A stretch of DNA of 64,000 nt from a virus. Taxonomy: Duplodnaviria > Caudoviricetes. Under the pieces are notes generated by a model. That model was not told the origin of the DNA, did not search any database, and was given only the letters and a program-made list of their open reading frames with translations. The stretch lies in IMG/VR virus record IMGVR_UViG_3300032321_001270, positions 128,001-192,000 of that record. One strand, written 5' to 3'. A program made the translations under genes and the position numbers. Below, in pieces: positions 33,824-43,759 of this stretch (its first letter is position 1; each line of letters opens with the position of its first letter).

Positions 33824-34293
33824 TCTTCTACTCCAAACGTGTCGATATGCGCCAACCGGGCGCAGTAGAATTCTGCGACCATCCCGGCTGCTTTTTGAAA
33901 CCGCTTGACGATATCCGGGATCACTTGCTCATTAAAGACGCGAATGATCACCTTACGAAACTTCGCGATTGCTTCTGGTGTGTAGCCTTCTTCGCGGGCT
34001 TTTTCTGCCGCCCGGCGGACATCTTGATTGCCGTCGAGCTGGACTTGGAGGAAGGCTGGGTTAAGAAATTCAATAATGTGGCCATACGTCTGACGAACTT
34101 CGTACGGGTACGTAACGTCAAACACGCCGGGCCCGGGCCATCGTTCTCCATCGATTATCTCCTCGGATAAATATCTCAGTTTGCCGAGCGTCCACCCGAA
34201 CGCAGCGGCATCGTCATTTGGGTCAGCCATTACAAAAGCTGGTTTTGGACCAGCCGGTGGCTTGTCGAGTTTTGCTTTGCTTTTGCGTGCCAT
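33820..34293 (-). CDS. hypothetical protein
   Basis: MARKSK start. Confidence 0.65.
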   Translation of the reverse strand: MARKSKAKLDKPPAGPKPAFVMADPNDDAAAFGWTLGKLRYLSEEIIDGERWPGPGVFDVTYPYEVRQTYGHIIEFLNPAFLQVQLDGNQDVRRAAEKAREEGYTPEAIAKFRKVIIRVFNEQVIPDIVKRFQKAAGMVAEFYCARLAHIDTFGVEE

Positions 34294-34412
34294 TGTGTAA
34301 TAGCTAAGGAAAATTGGAAAAGGTTTAGTTCTGACTGCGTAGCCGGGAATCACATCAGCCGTCATAAGACGAATAGATGTGTCCCGACTACACAGTCAGA
34401 ACACGCCGGAAA

Positions 34413-34787
34413 TTAATCTCCGGCGGTGCAGGCAAGGTACGCATGATATTGCGCAGTAACCTCAATACGAGGATCGATCTCTTTAAACACTGGCTCATCC
34501 TCCATGGATGCCAGTTCACCACGCAGCAATGCCGCAGTGTACTCGTTGTACAACCGCGCCATATGCCCGCGTAACTTTCGCGTGGTGCGCTTAAGCACAC
34601 GTTCCCGCAGAAACGCTGCTCGCTCCCAGAAGTTCGCTAGCCCCGAGATTTCATCTGCGAACTTCTCTGCAGTCCTGTCGAACAAACGATGCGCCTTTTC
34701 ATCTACGATCTGAAACTCCGGCGCTCGTTTCTTGCAACGAGTGGTGACTGCTAGGCGGATTTTCTCCGCGGTAGCCGAAAGAGACAT
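34413..34787 (-). CDS. hypothetical protein
   Basis: AAGGGAG SD. Confidence 0.65.
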   Translation of the reverse strand: MSLSATAEKIRLAVTTRCKKRAPEFQIVDEKAHRLFDRTAEKFADEISGLANFWERAAFLRERVLKRTTRKLRGHMARLYNEYTAALLRGELASMEDEPVFKEIDPRIEVTAQYHAYLACTAGD

Positions 34788-34792
34788 GCGTT

Positions 34793-35045
34793 AACTCCCT
34801 TGTAACGCGTGGAAAGGGAGCTACTGATACGATACAGTAGCGACAATAAATATGCCGCGTTTTTGGGAAAAATTTAGCGTCGTCTGGAATTCGCGAATTG
34901 CGAACATCGTTGCAATTAAACGACTTACGGCGCAAAGTATCGTGTTCTAGAAAATGGAAAATGCAACCGCCGCCCCGCGCTGACCTAGGGCATGGAGCCC
35001 GTTGGCCGCGTGGAACGCAGCCGTTCAGTCAGCGCAGGGCGGCGG
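34793..35045 (-). ncRNA. structured intergenic RNA / leader (three-way junction plus SD-sequestering hairpin)
   Basis: 18-bp stem 34967-34984 / 35028-35045 enclosing two hairpins; further hairpins at 34795-34820 and 34820-34841. Confidence 0.5.
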
Positions 35046-35075
35046 AAGATCGCAGCCTACACGTGGCAGGTGCGG

Positions 35076-35378
35076 CTAGAACGTGAGCTGTACAGTTTGC
35101 CCGCCAGCGTTCACATAGACCACGCGAATTTTACTGGCGTCAAGTAACGATTTGAGAAGTGTCTTTTTCTCGGAACTCATTCCGGCAAGGCACGATTTAA
35201 TTTGCGCCATCGCACTTCGTTGCTTTTCTTGTTTTTTACGGGCACATGCGCCACACCCGCCAGCCTCAGTGCGGAACAAATCTTTTTTGTTGAACAGGCA
35301 GGGAATGCTTTGCGCGTATTCCGGGTTGTTCATCATTGAGATAATTGTACTGTCTTCAAGTACTACCATGTCGCGCAT
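35076..35378 (-). CDS. Cys-containing hypothetical protein
   Basis: GGCGACA; GAGG SD. Confidence 0.7.
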   Translation of the reverse strand: MRDMVVLEDSTIISMMNNPEYAQSIPCLFNKKDLFRTEAGGCGACARKKQEKQRSAMAQIKSCLAGMSSEKKTLLKSLLDASKIRVVYVNAGGQTVQLTF

Positions 35379-35385
35379 AATAACC

Positions 35386-35913
35386 TCACGGTGAAACTGG
35401 CGCAGGACCGATCCATACCGCGCCGCCGGGCAGCAGGTGGTCTGCCGTGTCTAGCGTGCTCTTAAGCCGCTGAACATCCTCGACAACGTTTTCAATAAAT
35501 TCTTTAACTTCGGATCGCGACCTGAGCAGCACGTCTACGTAATTCAACCGGAACCACGCCGGACGGTCATTTGGAATCGGATCGTCTTCGGGATACTCTT
35601 CCAGATCCGTCGGCGAACAGACGTGGTCAAATGCGCCTACGCGGGCTTCGGCGCCCGGCTTGAGGGGCAGCAGTTGATAGGCGAAGATTTTATCGGACAT
35701 GTCTACGGGATCGCTCGCTGTAATGCGCACCCGAATGCCGTCTGTCGAATGGAAGTTGTAACGACTCACGCTCCATGTCAGTTTTACACGGCGACTGCTG
35801 GTAGACGGCGGCGGAGGATTTAACTCCGGCGTATAAAAATTGAGTCCCAGCGTATCCGGCAAATTGATAATTGGGTCAAGTGGGTCTGGTTCGCAACTTG
35901 AGCAGTTTGACAT
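35386..35913 (-). CDS. putative virion protein
   Basis: ORF track; position at the end of the tail module. Confidence 0.65.
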   Translation of the reverse strand: MSNCSSCEPDPLDPIINLPDTLGLNFYTPELNPPPPSTSSRRVKLTWSVSRYNFHSTDGIRVRITASDPVDMSDKIFAYQLLPLKPGAEARVGAFDHVCSPTDLEEYPEDDPIPNDRPAWFRLNYVDVLLRSRSEVKEFIENVVEDVQRLKSTLDTADHLLPGGAVWIGPAPVSP

Positions 35914-35916
35914 GAC

Positions 35917-36195
35917 TTATCCTTGTAGAGGCAAGACGCGCGCAGTGATGTTTACAGGCCCCGGGGTTGTCGAACGCACATAGGCCAGCGCCAAACCCTC
36001 GTCGTCTGTGATCCCCGGTTGTGTGATTTGTACGGTGTTGACGTCCGCTATGATTTCAGCCTGTCGCCCTGCTACCGGCCGATCCCAAGGATCTCGTAGT
36101 CTGATTTTGATGACAGCGGCGTGCGTACCGTCGGCCAACACATGCGGTTTTGCGCCGTGCAAAAGTTTTGAACGTTCTGGGCTGACGCAACTCAT
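35917..36195 (-). CDS. Big-1 (invasin-type Ig-like) domain protein
   Basis: ADGTHAAVIKIRLRDPWDRPVAG...TDDEG.A.AYVRSTTPGPVNITARV. Confidence 0.75.
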   Translation of the reverse strand: MSCVSPERSKLLHGAKPHVLADGTHAAVIKIRLRDPWDRPVAGRQAEIIADVNTVQITQPGITDDEGLALAYVRSTTPGPVNITARVLPLQG

Positions 36196-36560
36196 GGAAA
36201 CGTGTGCCTCTGGGGCGCGGAGCCGTCTGGGGGCGAGTAATATATTGTAACGCCAGTCGTTTCAATGTTAGGCGTTTTGGCTACAAATTGAATAAATTGC
36301 CGCATTGTTTCTTGGTCGTTTTCTTTGGCGTGCAGCAGTGCTTCGATAAATGCCGTCATGCACGGAGAAAGAACATTGTTGTCGGCGCGGCATCGGCAAC
36401 CGCGTTCGCTGGCTGATTTGTCGTAGGCGGCGCGACAGGCTTCAAACTGTGGTTGAAGATTTGCTAGTCCGGGAACAGCGTCAAAAAACGGCTGCTGTTG
36501 TGCAAACTGCATAATGTTATCGCGGCTGATTGAAATCATGCGTGTAATACGCTGCGTCAT
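36192..36560 (-). CDS. Cys-containing hypothetical protein
   Basis: RGCRCR; GAGGA SD. Confidence 0.7.
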   Translation of the reverse strand: MTQRITRMISISRDNIMQFAQQQPFFDAVPGLANLQPQFEACRAAYDKSASERGCRCRADNNVLSPCMTAFIEALLHAKENDQETMRQFIQFVAKTPNIETTGVTIYYSPPDGSAPQRHTFP

Positions 36561-36613
36561 AGATAGTCCTCGCGTAAGTGCGATCGCATTCTAGCCGTGT
36601 ATTAAAAACAACG

Positions 36614-37516
36614 CTACGCTAACGCCGCCGCTTTTATGGCGGCTCGTAGTGTCGCGTTAGTTTGAATTGCGGCAATAAGCTGCGCGATAGTCAGTTCACC
36701 TTGCGGACCTGTGGGGCCGGTTGGCCCTACGTTGCCGCACGGGCCTGTAGCGCCCGTATGACCGACACCTGACGCGCCTGTTGCGCCGTAGGGTCCGGTA
36801 GGTCCAGCTGGTCCGCGCGGACCTGTGGCGCCACGCGCACCTGTAGATCCTGTATCGCCTTTTGAGCCTCTGGAGCCCGCCGGCCCAGATGGTCCTTGCG
36901 GCCCCTGTCCGCCGACCGAGCCGGCAACGCCTTGCGGCCCCATTAAACCCTGCGGGCCAATTAAACCTTGTAGCCCCTGTGCGCCCTGCAGTCCGCGGTC
37001 TCCTTTCGGGCCGGTGGCTCCGCGCGGCCCTGTGGCCCCTGTAGCCCCGTTAACGCCCGTAATACCTCTGGGCCCTGTCGGGCCAGTCGCGCCTTTTGGG
37101 CCCGTTATACCGTTCGCGCCGGCCTTGCCTTGCGGCCCGGTAGCCCCCGTCGCGCCTTTGACCCCGGTTGCGCCGGTGGCTCCTTTTAAACCTGTTGCGC
37201 CGGTAGCCCCGGCGACACCTGTAGCGCCTGTCGCGCCTACCGGCCCCGTCGCGCCTTTCGCTCCAGTAGCACCTGTTTTTCCTTGTGGACCGCTAACACC
37301 AGTGGCGCCTTTAGGGCCAGTCATGCCTACATTGCCCTGCGCGCCTTGCGGTCCGCGGGCGCCAGCTGGCCCGGCAGGACCTTGCGGGCCGTCATTTCCT
37401 TGTGGGCCTTGTGGGCCAGCTGGACAGACGCCACAGCCGCCGCCGCTGTCGGCCATTGTGATGCCGTCGTACGGCACCATCTCGACTGGCGCGTCGTTAT
37501 TTAATGGGTCGGTCAT
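36614..37516 (-). CDS. collagen-like fibre protein
   Basis: About 80 contiguous Gly-X-Y triplets (GAT/GPT/GPQ). Confidence 0.9.
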   Translation of the reverse strand: MTDPLNNDAPVEMVPYDGITMADSGGGCGVCPAGPQGPQGNDGPQGPAGPAGARGPQGAQGNVGMTGPKGATGVSGPQGKTGATGAKGATGPVGATGATGVAGATGATGLKGATGATGVKGATGATGPQGKAGANGITGPKGATGPTGPRGITGVNGATGATGPRGATGPKGDRGLQGAQGLQGLIGPQGLMGPQGVAGSVGGQGPQGPSGPAGSRGSKGDTGSTGARGATGPRGPAGPTGPYGATGASGVGHTGATGPCGNVGPTGPTGPQGELTIAQLIAAIQTNATLRAAIKAAALA

Positions 37517-37522
37517 GGTGGT

Positions 37523-40500
37523 TTAGTTATTTAAAACGGCGCGGACAGCGTTACGCAGGTTCGTGTTTGTATTCAATTGCGCGATAAACTCGTTTAAAAA
37601 CGCGCCCGAGCGGACTAACTCGGCAATATTGATGTTAATGTTTCCGTTAATCGCCGACGTGGTTGCTGTAATTGTGCCGCTACCCACGGCAGATGGTGTA
37701 AATGTAATTGTACCACCGGCGGGTATTACTCCGGTTGCACCTTGCGGACCCGCTGCGCCTGTAGCGCCAACATTGCCACACGGCCCTGTCGCACCTTCTG
37801 GACCCGTCGCTCCGGCGGTACCAGTGGCCCCCTGCGGGCCAGTAACGCCGCGTGGGCCTGCAACACCTGTTGCGCCGGCAACGCCTGTGGCGCCCTGTAA
37901 ACCGCGTTGGCCGGTTGTTCCCGCCGGTCCTTGTGGTCCCGTAGCGCCTTGAATACCTGTTGCGCCGATTTGACCGTTTTGACCGTTTTGACCGCTTGGC
38001 CCAGTTGCTCCGCGCGGGCCAGTAGCACCAGCCACGCCGGTTGAGCCTGTATCGCCCTTTGGGCCGGTGGCGCCGCGCAAACCCTGCGCGCCTGTAACAC
38101 CACGCGGTCCGGTTGGGCCAACCGGGCCTGTAATACCGCGCGGGCCGGTAGCGCCAGCTGCGCCCGTAGCACCAGCAGAACCAGCAGCGCCAGCAGCACC
38201 CGCAGCGCCAGCTGGGCCAGTTACGCCGGTCGCACCACGAGCACCTGATACTCCAGCGGCTCCAGCAGGGCCGACTGGACCAGTTGAGCCTGTATCGCCC
38301 TTGGGGCCCACAGGACCTATTGGGCCGGTTACACCGCGGGGACCGATCGGGCCTGTTACGCCTTTTTCGCCTTTGTCGCCCTTCTGGCCTTTCGCGCCAG
38401 TGGGTCCGGTATTGCCTGTATCGCCTTTGGCGCCGGCGGGACCTTGCGGGCCAGATTGACCGGGATCGCCTGTGCAACCAGTCGGACCCATCTCGCCTTG
38501 AGGCCCGATAATACTTGCACCCGGAAGACCCTGCGGCCCGATGTCGCCGTTCTCGCCTTTCTCGCCTTTCTCGCCTTTCTCGCCTTTCTCGCCTCTGTCG
38601 CCCTGATTGCCTTGCATGCCGCCAAAGCCTGCAGGGCCGCGCGGGCCTGCAGGACCAGCCGGACCTTGTGGCCCGCCGGCGCCGGCGGGACCTTGCGGAC
38701 CCTGTACGCCCGGTTCACCTTTTTCGCCTTGCGGCCCCTGTTGACCGACGCCGTCTTCACCCGGCTCACCCGGTTCTCCTTTGTCTCCCTTGTCGCCCTT
38801 CTCGCATGATCCGCTTCCACCGCCGCCGCTGCCACTGCCGCTGCCACTGCTCGTTGCAGGGCACTCGGTTGTGTTTAAGTCAATGTTGATGGTGAGCTGA
38901 CCTGTTTCCGTATCAACTTCAATGCTGCCGGTTCCGACACCGCTGGGTTTGATATTAACCGTGCCGCCCGAGATACCTGTCGGGATGTATGCATATCCTT
39001 GCACTTCATATTTGCACGTAGTTGTCTCAACGATGTCGACATGTATTTCCGGTGTGCCGCCGCCGTACGGTCGCATCTCCAAACTGGCGCCCGTAAACTC
39101 TGGTACGCACGGTACGGGTACGCCGATAGTTAACTCAATGTCGTACGTACATACGCCCGGCTCGTCACCGCTACTGCCGCCTACCTGTGACGGCGTGACG
39201 TAACCGTAACCATACGGATACTCAGATTCGACAACATCAATGTTGACCTCTATCTGCGGGCACGGTTGCGGCGGGCATTTAGGGATCCAGATGTACGGCG
39301 TTATTTTGAATTCGCATAGATCGAGCTGTTCAACAAGAATCTCTGCGCGCGGTTCTATGCCGCAACCAGTAAGAGCAATTCCCTCGCCGCCTTGAATTTT
39401 CGGGATGCACGGCTTCGGGATGCCGATATAAAACGGTATGACTACGTCGCAGTAGTAACCCTCGTCAAAATTGAATATCGGGGAACTGGCGAACGCATAC
39501 GGATCTGCCTGTGGTGGCAGAACGCGCATATCAACCATCATGGAGACAGTCGTGCACGGCGGCTTTGGAATCTGAATATCGATTTCAAAGTCAATCTCGT
39601 AGCAGCAAACCGGCGGATCATTTGTGCCGCGCTTTTCGTCGTATTCCGGGCATTTTTGAATTTCAAACTTGAACTTAGGTGGCACGTCATAGCCAACCTG
39701 ATGTTCAAGGTTTTTGACGCGTACTGTCGTGCACGGCGGCCGAGGTTGCGGAACGTCAACGTGGATATCAAATAGAAATGTGCATGACCCCGGATCATTA
39801 CACGTAGCCGGGGTTGTAGTTGCAATAAGATTGAAAAAACTCGGCGTATTGTTGAGCCGACCAGCCGGGCCATCTTTGTAATGGCTGTTGACGGTCATGA
39901 ACTTCATCAACGTCGGGCATTTTGGTCGCGGAATCGGAATAACTAGATCTAGGTAGACATTGAAATCGCATGTCTCTGGTTGATCGCAGCCCGAGGCCGG
40001 CGTCACTTCCGTGACAATTTCAAATTTAGACGACCCGCTTACACACGTAGTGCCGGTGTAACCAACTTTCTGGGTAAACGATTTTTTTGTAATTTTTATG
40101 CATGGTGGCGGCGGAATTGGCACCACAATTTCAAGATCGATATCAAAATCACACTGGTCTGGTGTGTTGCAATTACCGGGCGTAATAGTCGAGGTAATTT
40201 CAAACTTGTTCGATTTGCCCTGCACGCATGTCGAGTCAGCGTAACCACTCGTGACCTCAAACGAATTAACGTTGATATTTGGGCACGCTGGTTTTGGAAT
40301 CGGAATTGAAAGCGTCAGATCAAAATCAAATTCGCACTGATCGGGCGTATTGCACCCACCCGGGATTGAGCGCGATGTGATGGTGAAAGATGAGTCACCG
40401 CCCGCGCCGCACGTCGGGTCGTCATAGCCGACCGCAAGCTTGAACGTCGGCGAATTAAGAATTGGGCATGGCGTTCGCGGGATCGGTACAACAATTTCAA

Positions 40501-42064
40501 GATCAACATTAAACTCACACTGTCCCGGGTCGTCGCACGAGCCCGCGGTGTGGCTTGTTGTAATCTCAAATTTTGAACCACCTTGCGCGCACGTTTGATC
40601 GGCGTAACCTGTTGTGATTTTAAATGTTGGCGAATTGATGATTGGGCATGGCGGACGCGGAATTGGAATATTGATCTCTAACTCAACGTCAAATTCGCAC
40701 TGGTCGGGTGTCTTGCAGTCGCCGGGCGTGTGCTTAGGCGTGATAGTGAACTTTGAATCAGGCTGCGTGCAGTTCTGATCGTTGTAGCCGGTTTTTACAG
40801 TCAGTGCAGGTGAGTTGATGATCGGGCATGGCGGCCGTGGAATTGGGATATTGATTTCAAGATTAACGTCAAACTCGCACTGATCCGGCGTGTTGCAGTC
40901 GCCGGCCGTATGTTTTGTTGTGATCGTGAAAATCGAATCTGGCGGCACACAGGTTTGATCGTCAAAGCCGGTGTTCACTACAAACGTTGGCGAGTTGATG
41001 ATCGGGCAGGGCGGTCGCGGAATTGGGATGACGATTTCTAAGTCAAAATTAAATTCGCACTGGTCGGCGTTATTGCAGTCACCGGGTATAACGCGCGTTG
41101 TGATTTCAAACCGGTTCTCGCCCGTGATGCACGACGAGTCGTCATAACCGGAGGTAACTTTTAATACTGGCGGGTTGAGCGTCGGACACGGCGGGCGCGG
41201 TATTGGAATGGCAATCTGCAGGTCAACGTCAAATTCACATCGCGCGGGCGTATTGCAGTCGCCCGGTATTTCGCGGCTGGTGATATTGAAGTAGTTCTGT
41301 TTGCCCAACAAGCAATCGCCGTCCGAGTAACCACTGTCGACGGTAAAGTTTGTCAGGTTAATAAGCGGGCACGGCGGCCGAGGAATTGGCACCGCAATTT
41401 CAAGCTCTATTTCAAACCGGCACTGATCAGCGGTGTCGCAATCGCCGGCCGTGATTACCGGCGTTAACGTGAATTTGTTTTGCGCGTCCGTCATGCACGA
41501 GGAATCGGCATACCCAGAATTGACGGCAAAATTAGTAATGACGATTTGCGGGCACGGCGGTTTCGGCACCGGGATCTTTAGATCCAAATCAATGACAAAT
41601 TCGCAGCTGTCTGGCGTGGTACAATCGCCGGGCGTGATAATTGGTGTGATGCGTATTTCGCTGGTTTGCGTGACGCAATCCTGATAACCGACTTCCAAAC
41701 CAAACTCGCCGGCGGTAAGCGTGCTGCACGGTATGCGCGGAACAGGAATGTTCAGGTCGAGCGTGACTTCGTATTTACACGGATCGATATCTGTTTGTTC
41801 AATCTTGAGCTCGTTTTTAGCGGAGTCGCACGCGCCTGTTCCGCTGGTATCTACAAAGTTGACGCCCAGCGTCGTCACTGCCGAGAAGTCTGGGCAGCGA
41901 ATGCCCACTTCGGTCGGCGGCTCGCGCGGGATGATCGGCGCCTGACAGCCGTAGATCGGCGGCGGCAGCGGCGCAATCTCGCACACCGACGAAATAAAAT
42001 CGAAATCCGCTTTTGGTACGGGTTCGATCGGGCACTGCGAGTCTTTGAAAAGATTTTCAGCCAT
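37523..42064 (-). CDS. large fibre protein: Cys/Pro-rich tandem repeats plus collagen domain
   Basis: About 16 repeats ending in IPxPRPPC-like motifs, a GS linker, then about 120 Gly-X-Y triplets. Confidence 0.9.
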   Translation of the reverse strand: MAENLFKDSQCPIEPVPKADFDFISSVCEIAPLPPPIYGCQAPIIPREPPTEVGIRCPDFSAVTTLGVNFVDTSGTGACDSAKNELKIEQTDIDPCKYEVTLDLNIPVPRIPCSTLTAGEFGLEVGYQDCVTQTSEIRITPIITPGDCTTPDSCEFVIDLDLKIPVPKPPCPQIVITNFAVNSGYADSSCMTDAQNKFTLTPVITAGDCDTADQCRFEIELEIAVPIPRPPCPLINLTNFTVDSGYSDGDCLLGKQNYFNITSREIPGDCNTPARCEFDVDLQIAIPIPRPPCPTLNPPVLKVTSGYDDSSCITGENRFEITTRVIPGDCNNADQCEFNFDLEIVIPIPRPPCPIINSPTFVVNTGFDDQTCVPPDSIFTITTKHTAGDCNTPDQCEFDVNLEINIPIPRPPCPIINSPALTVKTGYNDQNCTQPDSKFTITPKHTPGDCKTPDQCEFDVELEINIPIPRPPCPIINSPTFKITTGYADQTCAQGGSKFEITTSHTAGSCDDPGQCEFNVDLEIVVPIPRTPCPILNSPTFKLAVGYDDPTCGAGGDSSFTITSRSIPGGCNTPDQCEFDFDLTLSIPIPKPACPNINVNSFEVTSGYADSTCVQGKSNKFEITSTITPGNCNTPDQCDFDIDLEIVVPIPPPPCIKITKKSFTQKVGYTGTTCVSGSSKFEIVTEVTPASGCDQPETCDFNVYLDLVIPIPRPKCPTLMKFMTVNSHYKDGPAGRLNNTPSFFNLIATTTPATCNDPGSCTFLFDIHVDVPQPRPPCTTVRVKNLEHQVGYDVPPKFKFEIQKCPEYDEKRGTNDPPVCCYEIDFEIDIQIPKPPCTTVSMMVDMRVLPPQADPYAFASSPIFNFDEGYYCDVVIPFYIGIPKPCIPKIQGGEGIALTGCGIEPRAEILVEQLDLCEFKITPYIWIPKCPPQPCPQIEVNIDVVESEYPYGYGYVTPSQVGGSSGDEPGVCTYDIELTIGVPVPCVPEFTGASLEMRPYGGGTPEIHVDIVETTTCKYEVQGYAYIPTGISGGTVNIKPSGVGTGSIEVDTETGQLTINIDLNTTECPATSSGSGSGSGGGGSGSCEKGDKGDKGEPGEPGEDGVGQQGPQGEKGEPGVQGPQGPAGAGGPQGPAGPAGPRGPAGFGGMQGNQGDRGEKGEKGEKGEKGENGDIGPQGLPGASIIGPQGEMGPTGCTGDPGQSGPQGPAGAKGDTGNTGPTGAKGQKGDKGEKGVTGPIGPRGVTGPIGPVGPKGDTGSTGPVGPAGAAGVSGARGATGVTGPAGAAGAAGAAGSAGATGAAGATGPRGITGPVGPTGPRGVTGAQGLRGATGPKGDTGSTGVAGATGPRGATGPSGQNGQNGQIGATGIQGATGPQGPAGTTGQRGLQGATGVAGATGVAGPRGVTGPQGATGTAGATGPEGATGPCGNVGATGAAGPQGATGVIPAGGTITFTPSAVGSGTITATTSAINGNININIAELVRSGAFLNEFIAQLNTNTNLRNAVRAVLNN
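38550..38594. repeat. perfect 9-bp tandem repeat (TTCTCGCCT)x5
   Basis: Read directly; encodes GEK collagen triplets. Confidence 0.95.
39060..41900 (-). repeat. ~180-bp coding tandem repeat array (60-aa Cys-rich unit)
   Basis: [30 protein letters not shown] recurs at about 180-nt spacing; units near 40500-41200 are most alike. Confidence 0.9.
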
Positions 42065-42065
42065 G

Positions 42066-42980
42066 TTATGTGCAGTTTACCTGCGCGTTTGGTTTCTTCT
42101 GCACCTTGATTGTTCCGTCGTCAATCAAAATGTTAATTCCAGCGCCGCCAATGATATTGATATTTGTACCGCCAACACCGTTTACTGTCGTGATGAGTTC
42201 GTCACAGGCCGGACCACCGCTAAAAAATTTGCTGTCTGCCGCGAGCGGTTCTGCCGGGTACAGCGGTATTTCGCTTCCGTGCGCACACAATTCTGCGCTC
42301 GTTGACCCGGCTCCAGCGCCTTTAGTCGCGCTGACACTCAACTCATTGGCGCGGTCTGTTTGTGTAATTAAGCAGTTATAACCTTCTTTGAGCCGAATGT
42401 CGCCCTTTATGCAGCGCGCATTTAGGATGATTGGCCGGTTATCGTTCGTGCCGGTGACGCCGCAAGCTGGCACACGAACGCGGTCGTAATTTCCAACACT
42501 GATTGAACGCAAATATGCCTTGTTTAAATTTTGAATAAGCGCCGGTTCAACGCGGTAATCATTGTCGGTAAAAGACCACGTGCCGGATGAAAAAACATCA
42601 CGAAGCGCGCCGAGCGGGCCGGTAGCAATAAACCCAGACCAAATTGGTTCTTCGGCGCATTGTTTGCTGTTAAGCGGCGCGGACTCGGCATACTCGTTTA
42701 ACCACTCGTTAGATTCTTGCTCGCGAAAAAATGACAGTGTGGCACTACTGGCATTTGTTTTAAACACAAACTCAAACACCGGCACCGTATCAACCACAAC
42801 GCTGTTAATTGCCGACAACCAAACGGTGTGCTGCGTCTCGTCAAAATACGCGTCGAGACCCATTACAAAACCGGCGTCAACAATTACGCTCGTTGGCAGC
42901 GGGGGCAATGTGGCTGGTTTGTCGTAAACGAACGGATACGCGCGGTATTCGTTATCGTTGTAAAATCCGGGACGAGGCAT
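42066..42980 (-). CDS. tail fibre/baseplate accessory protein, paralogue family
   Basis: FYNDNEYRAYPF ... GDIRLKEGYN ... ITTVNGVGGTNINI. Confidence 0.75.
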   Translation of the reverse strand: MPRPGFYNDNEYRAYPFVYDKPATLPPLPTSVIVDAGFVMGLDAYFDETQHTVWLSAINSVVVDTVPVFEFVFKTNASSATLSFFREQESNEWLNEYAESAPLNSKQCAEEPIWSGFIATGPLGALRDVFSSGTWSFTDNDYRVEPALIQNLNKAYLRSISVGNYDRVRVPACGVTGTNDNRPIILNARCIKGDIRLKEGYNCLITQTDRANELSVSATKGAGAGSTSAELCAHGSEIPLYPAEPLAADSKFFSGGPACDELITTVNGVGGTNINIIGGAGINILIDDGTIKVQKKPNAQVNCT

Positions 42981-43759
42981 TACACAACGCTCCTACCAAC
43001 GGTATCGACGACAATTGTCTCGCCGTCAACATAAATTCGCAACACGGCGTCGTTGACCAGTTGATTTGTAGCAGTAAACGTAAAACTGCCGTATTCGTCG
43101 GGGCCGCAGCCGTTGATGGTTTTTAAATAAGGTTTGGACGGAAAATTCTCGCCTTGCGGTTCACACAGGAATCTTTTAAATAGCGGGACGCCGATAATGT
43201 CAAATCGAATCACATGCGGGCCGTCTTGGCGCAGCACAACGCCTTGATCGCCAACCAGCCAGATGTCGCCTGTTAAGAACTGCTTTTTTTCTGTTTGGAT
43301 AGCGCGCACACCGGGTTCATTCGCCGGGATCACTACCGTAGATACAAACTCTGTTTCGCCCTGCGTAAACGGATAGGCGCCAATTGCCCACGCAGAAAAA
43401 CGCGCAAGCGCTATTGGAGTTGATAGCAACATTCCGGCCGGGCGACCATAGATATCTGAAAACAACAGTATCCCGTCCGCCGGTGGCGACAGCGGATTGT
43501 AACGCGAAAAAATTCGGCTTGTTAGATCAGAATCGCCAACCGTGATCGTGACTTGTTGCGCCGTTACGTCTATCGACGAGATATACGCGCGAGTACCACC
43601 ACCGATCGCAAAGAATGACGCGTCAATAAAAGTGTCTGGCGCAATTTGAATTGTTTCAGCTGCCGCGCTTTGCAGCGTGGCTGTATCTGCAAACGGGTAA
43701 CGTGACGTCAACTGTTCGTCGCGAAACTCTGGAAATAAAATACGCGCGTCGGTCATCAC
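42980..43759 (-). CDS. tail fibre/baseplate accessory protein, paralogue family
   Basis: SRYPF ... GDIWLVGDQG ... LKTINGCGPDEYGSF. Confidence 0.75.
   Translation of the reverse strand: MMTDARILFPEFRDEQLTSRYPFADTATLQSAAAETIQIAPDTFIDASFFAIGGGTRAYISSIDVTAQQVTITVGDSDLTSRIFSRYNPLSPPADGILLFSDIYGRPAGMLLSTPIALARFSAWAIGAYPFTQGETEFVSTVVIPANEPGVRAIQTEKKQFLTGDIWLVGDQGVVLRQDGPHVIRFDIIGVPLFKRFLCEPQGENFPSKPYLKTINGCGPDEYGSFTFTATNQLVNDAVLRIYVDGETIVVDTVGRSVV

Noticed and set aside
34967-35045. Hammerhead ribozyme in the three-way junction
   Set aside because: It has CUGACUGA rather than CUGANGA and lacks the GAAA core.
36579-36588. TGCGATCGCA containing cyanobacterial HIP1 (GCGATCGC)
   Set aside because: A single noticed occurrence is not host evidence; HIP1 is informative only when highly iterated.
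36825-38889. Plus-strand ORFs rich in PVAP/PCGP or Arg/Trp repeats
   Set aside because: They are antisense shadows of the Gly-X-Y collagen codons and have no SD or independent evidence.
36614-41900. Possible CRISPR array or DGR template/variable repeat
   Set aside because: The repeats are in-frame coding units with synonymous variation, without constant repeat-spacer structure or adenine-specific mismatches; no cas or reverse transcriptase gene is seen.
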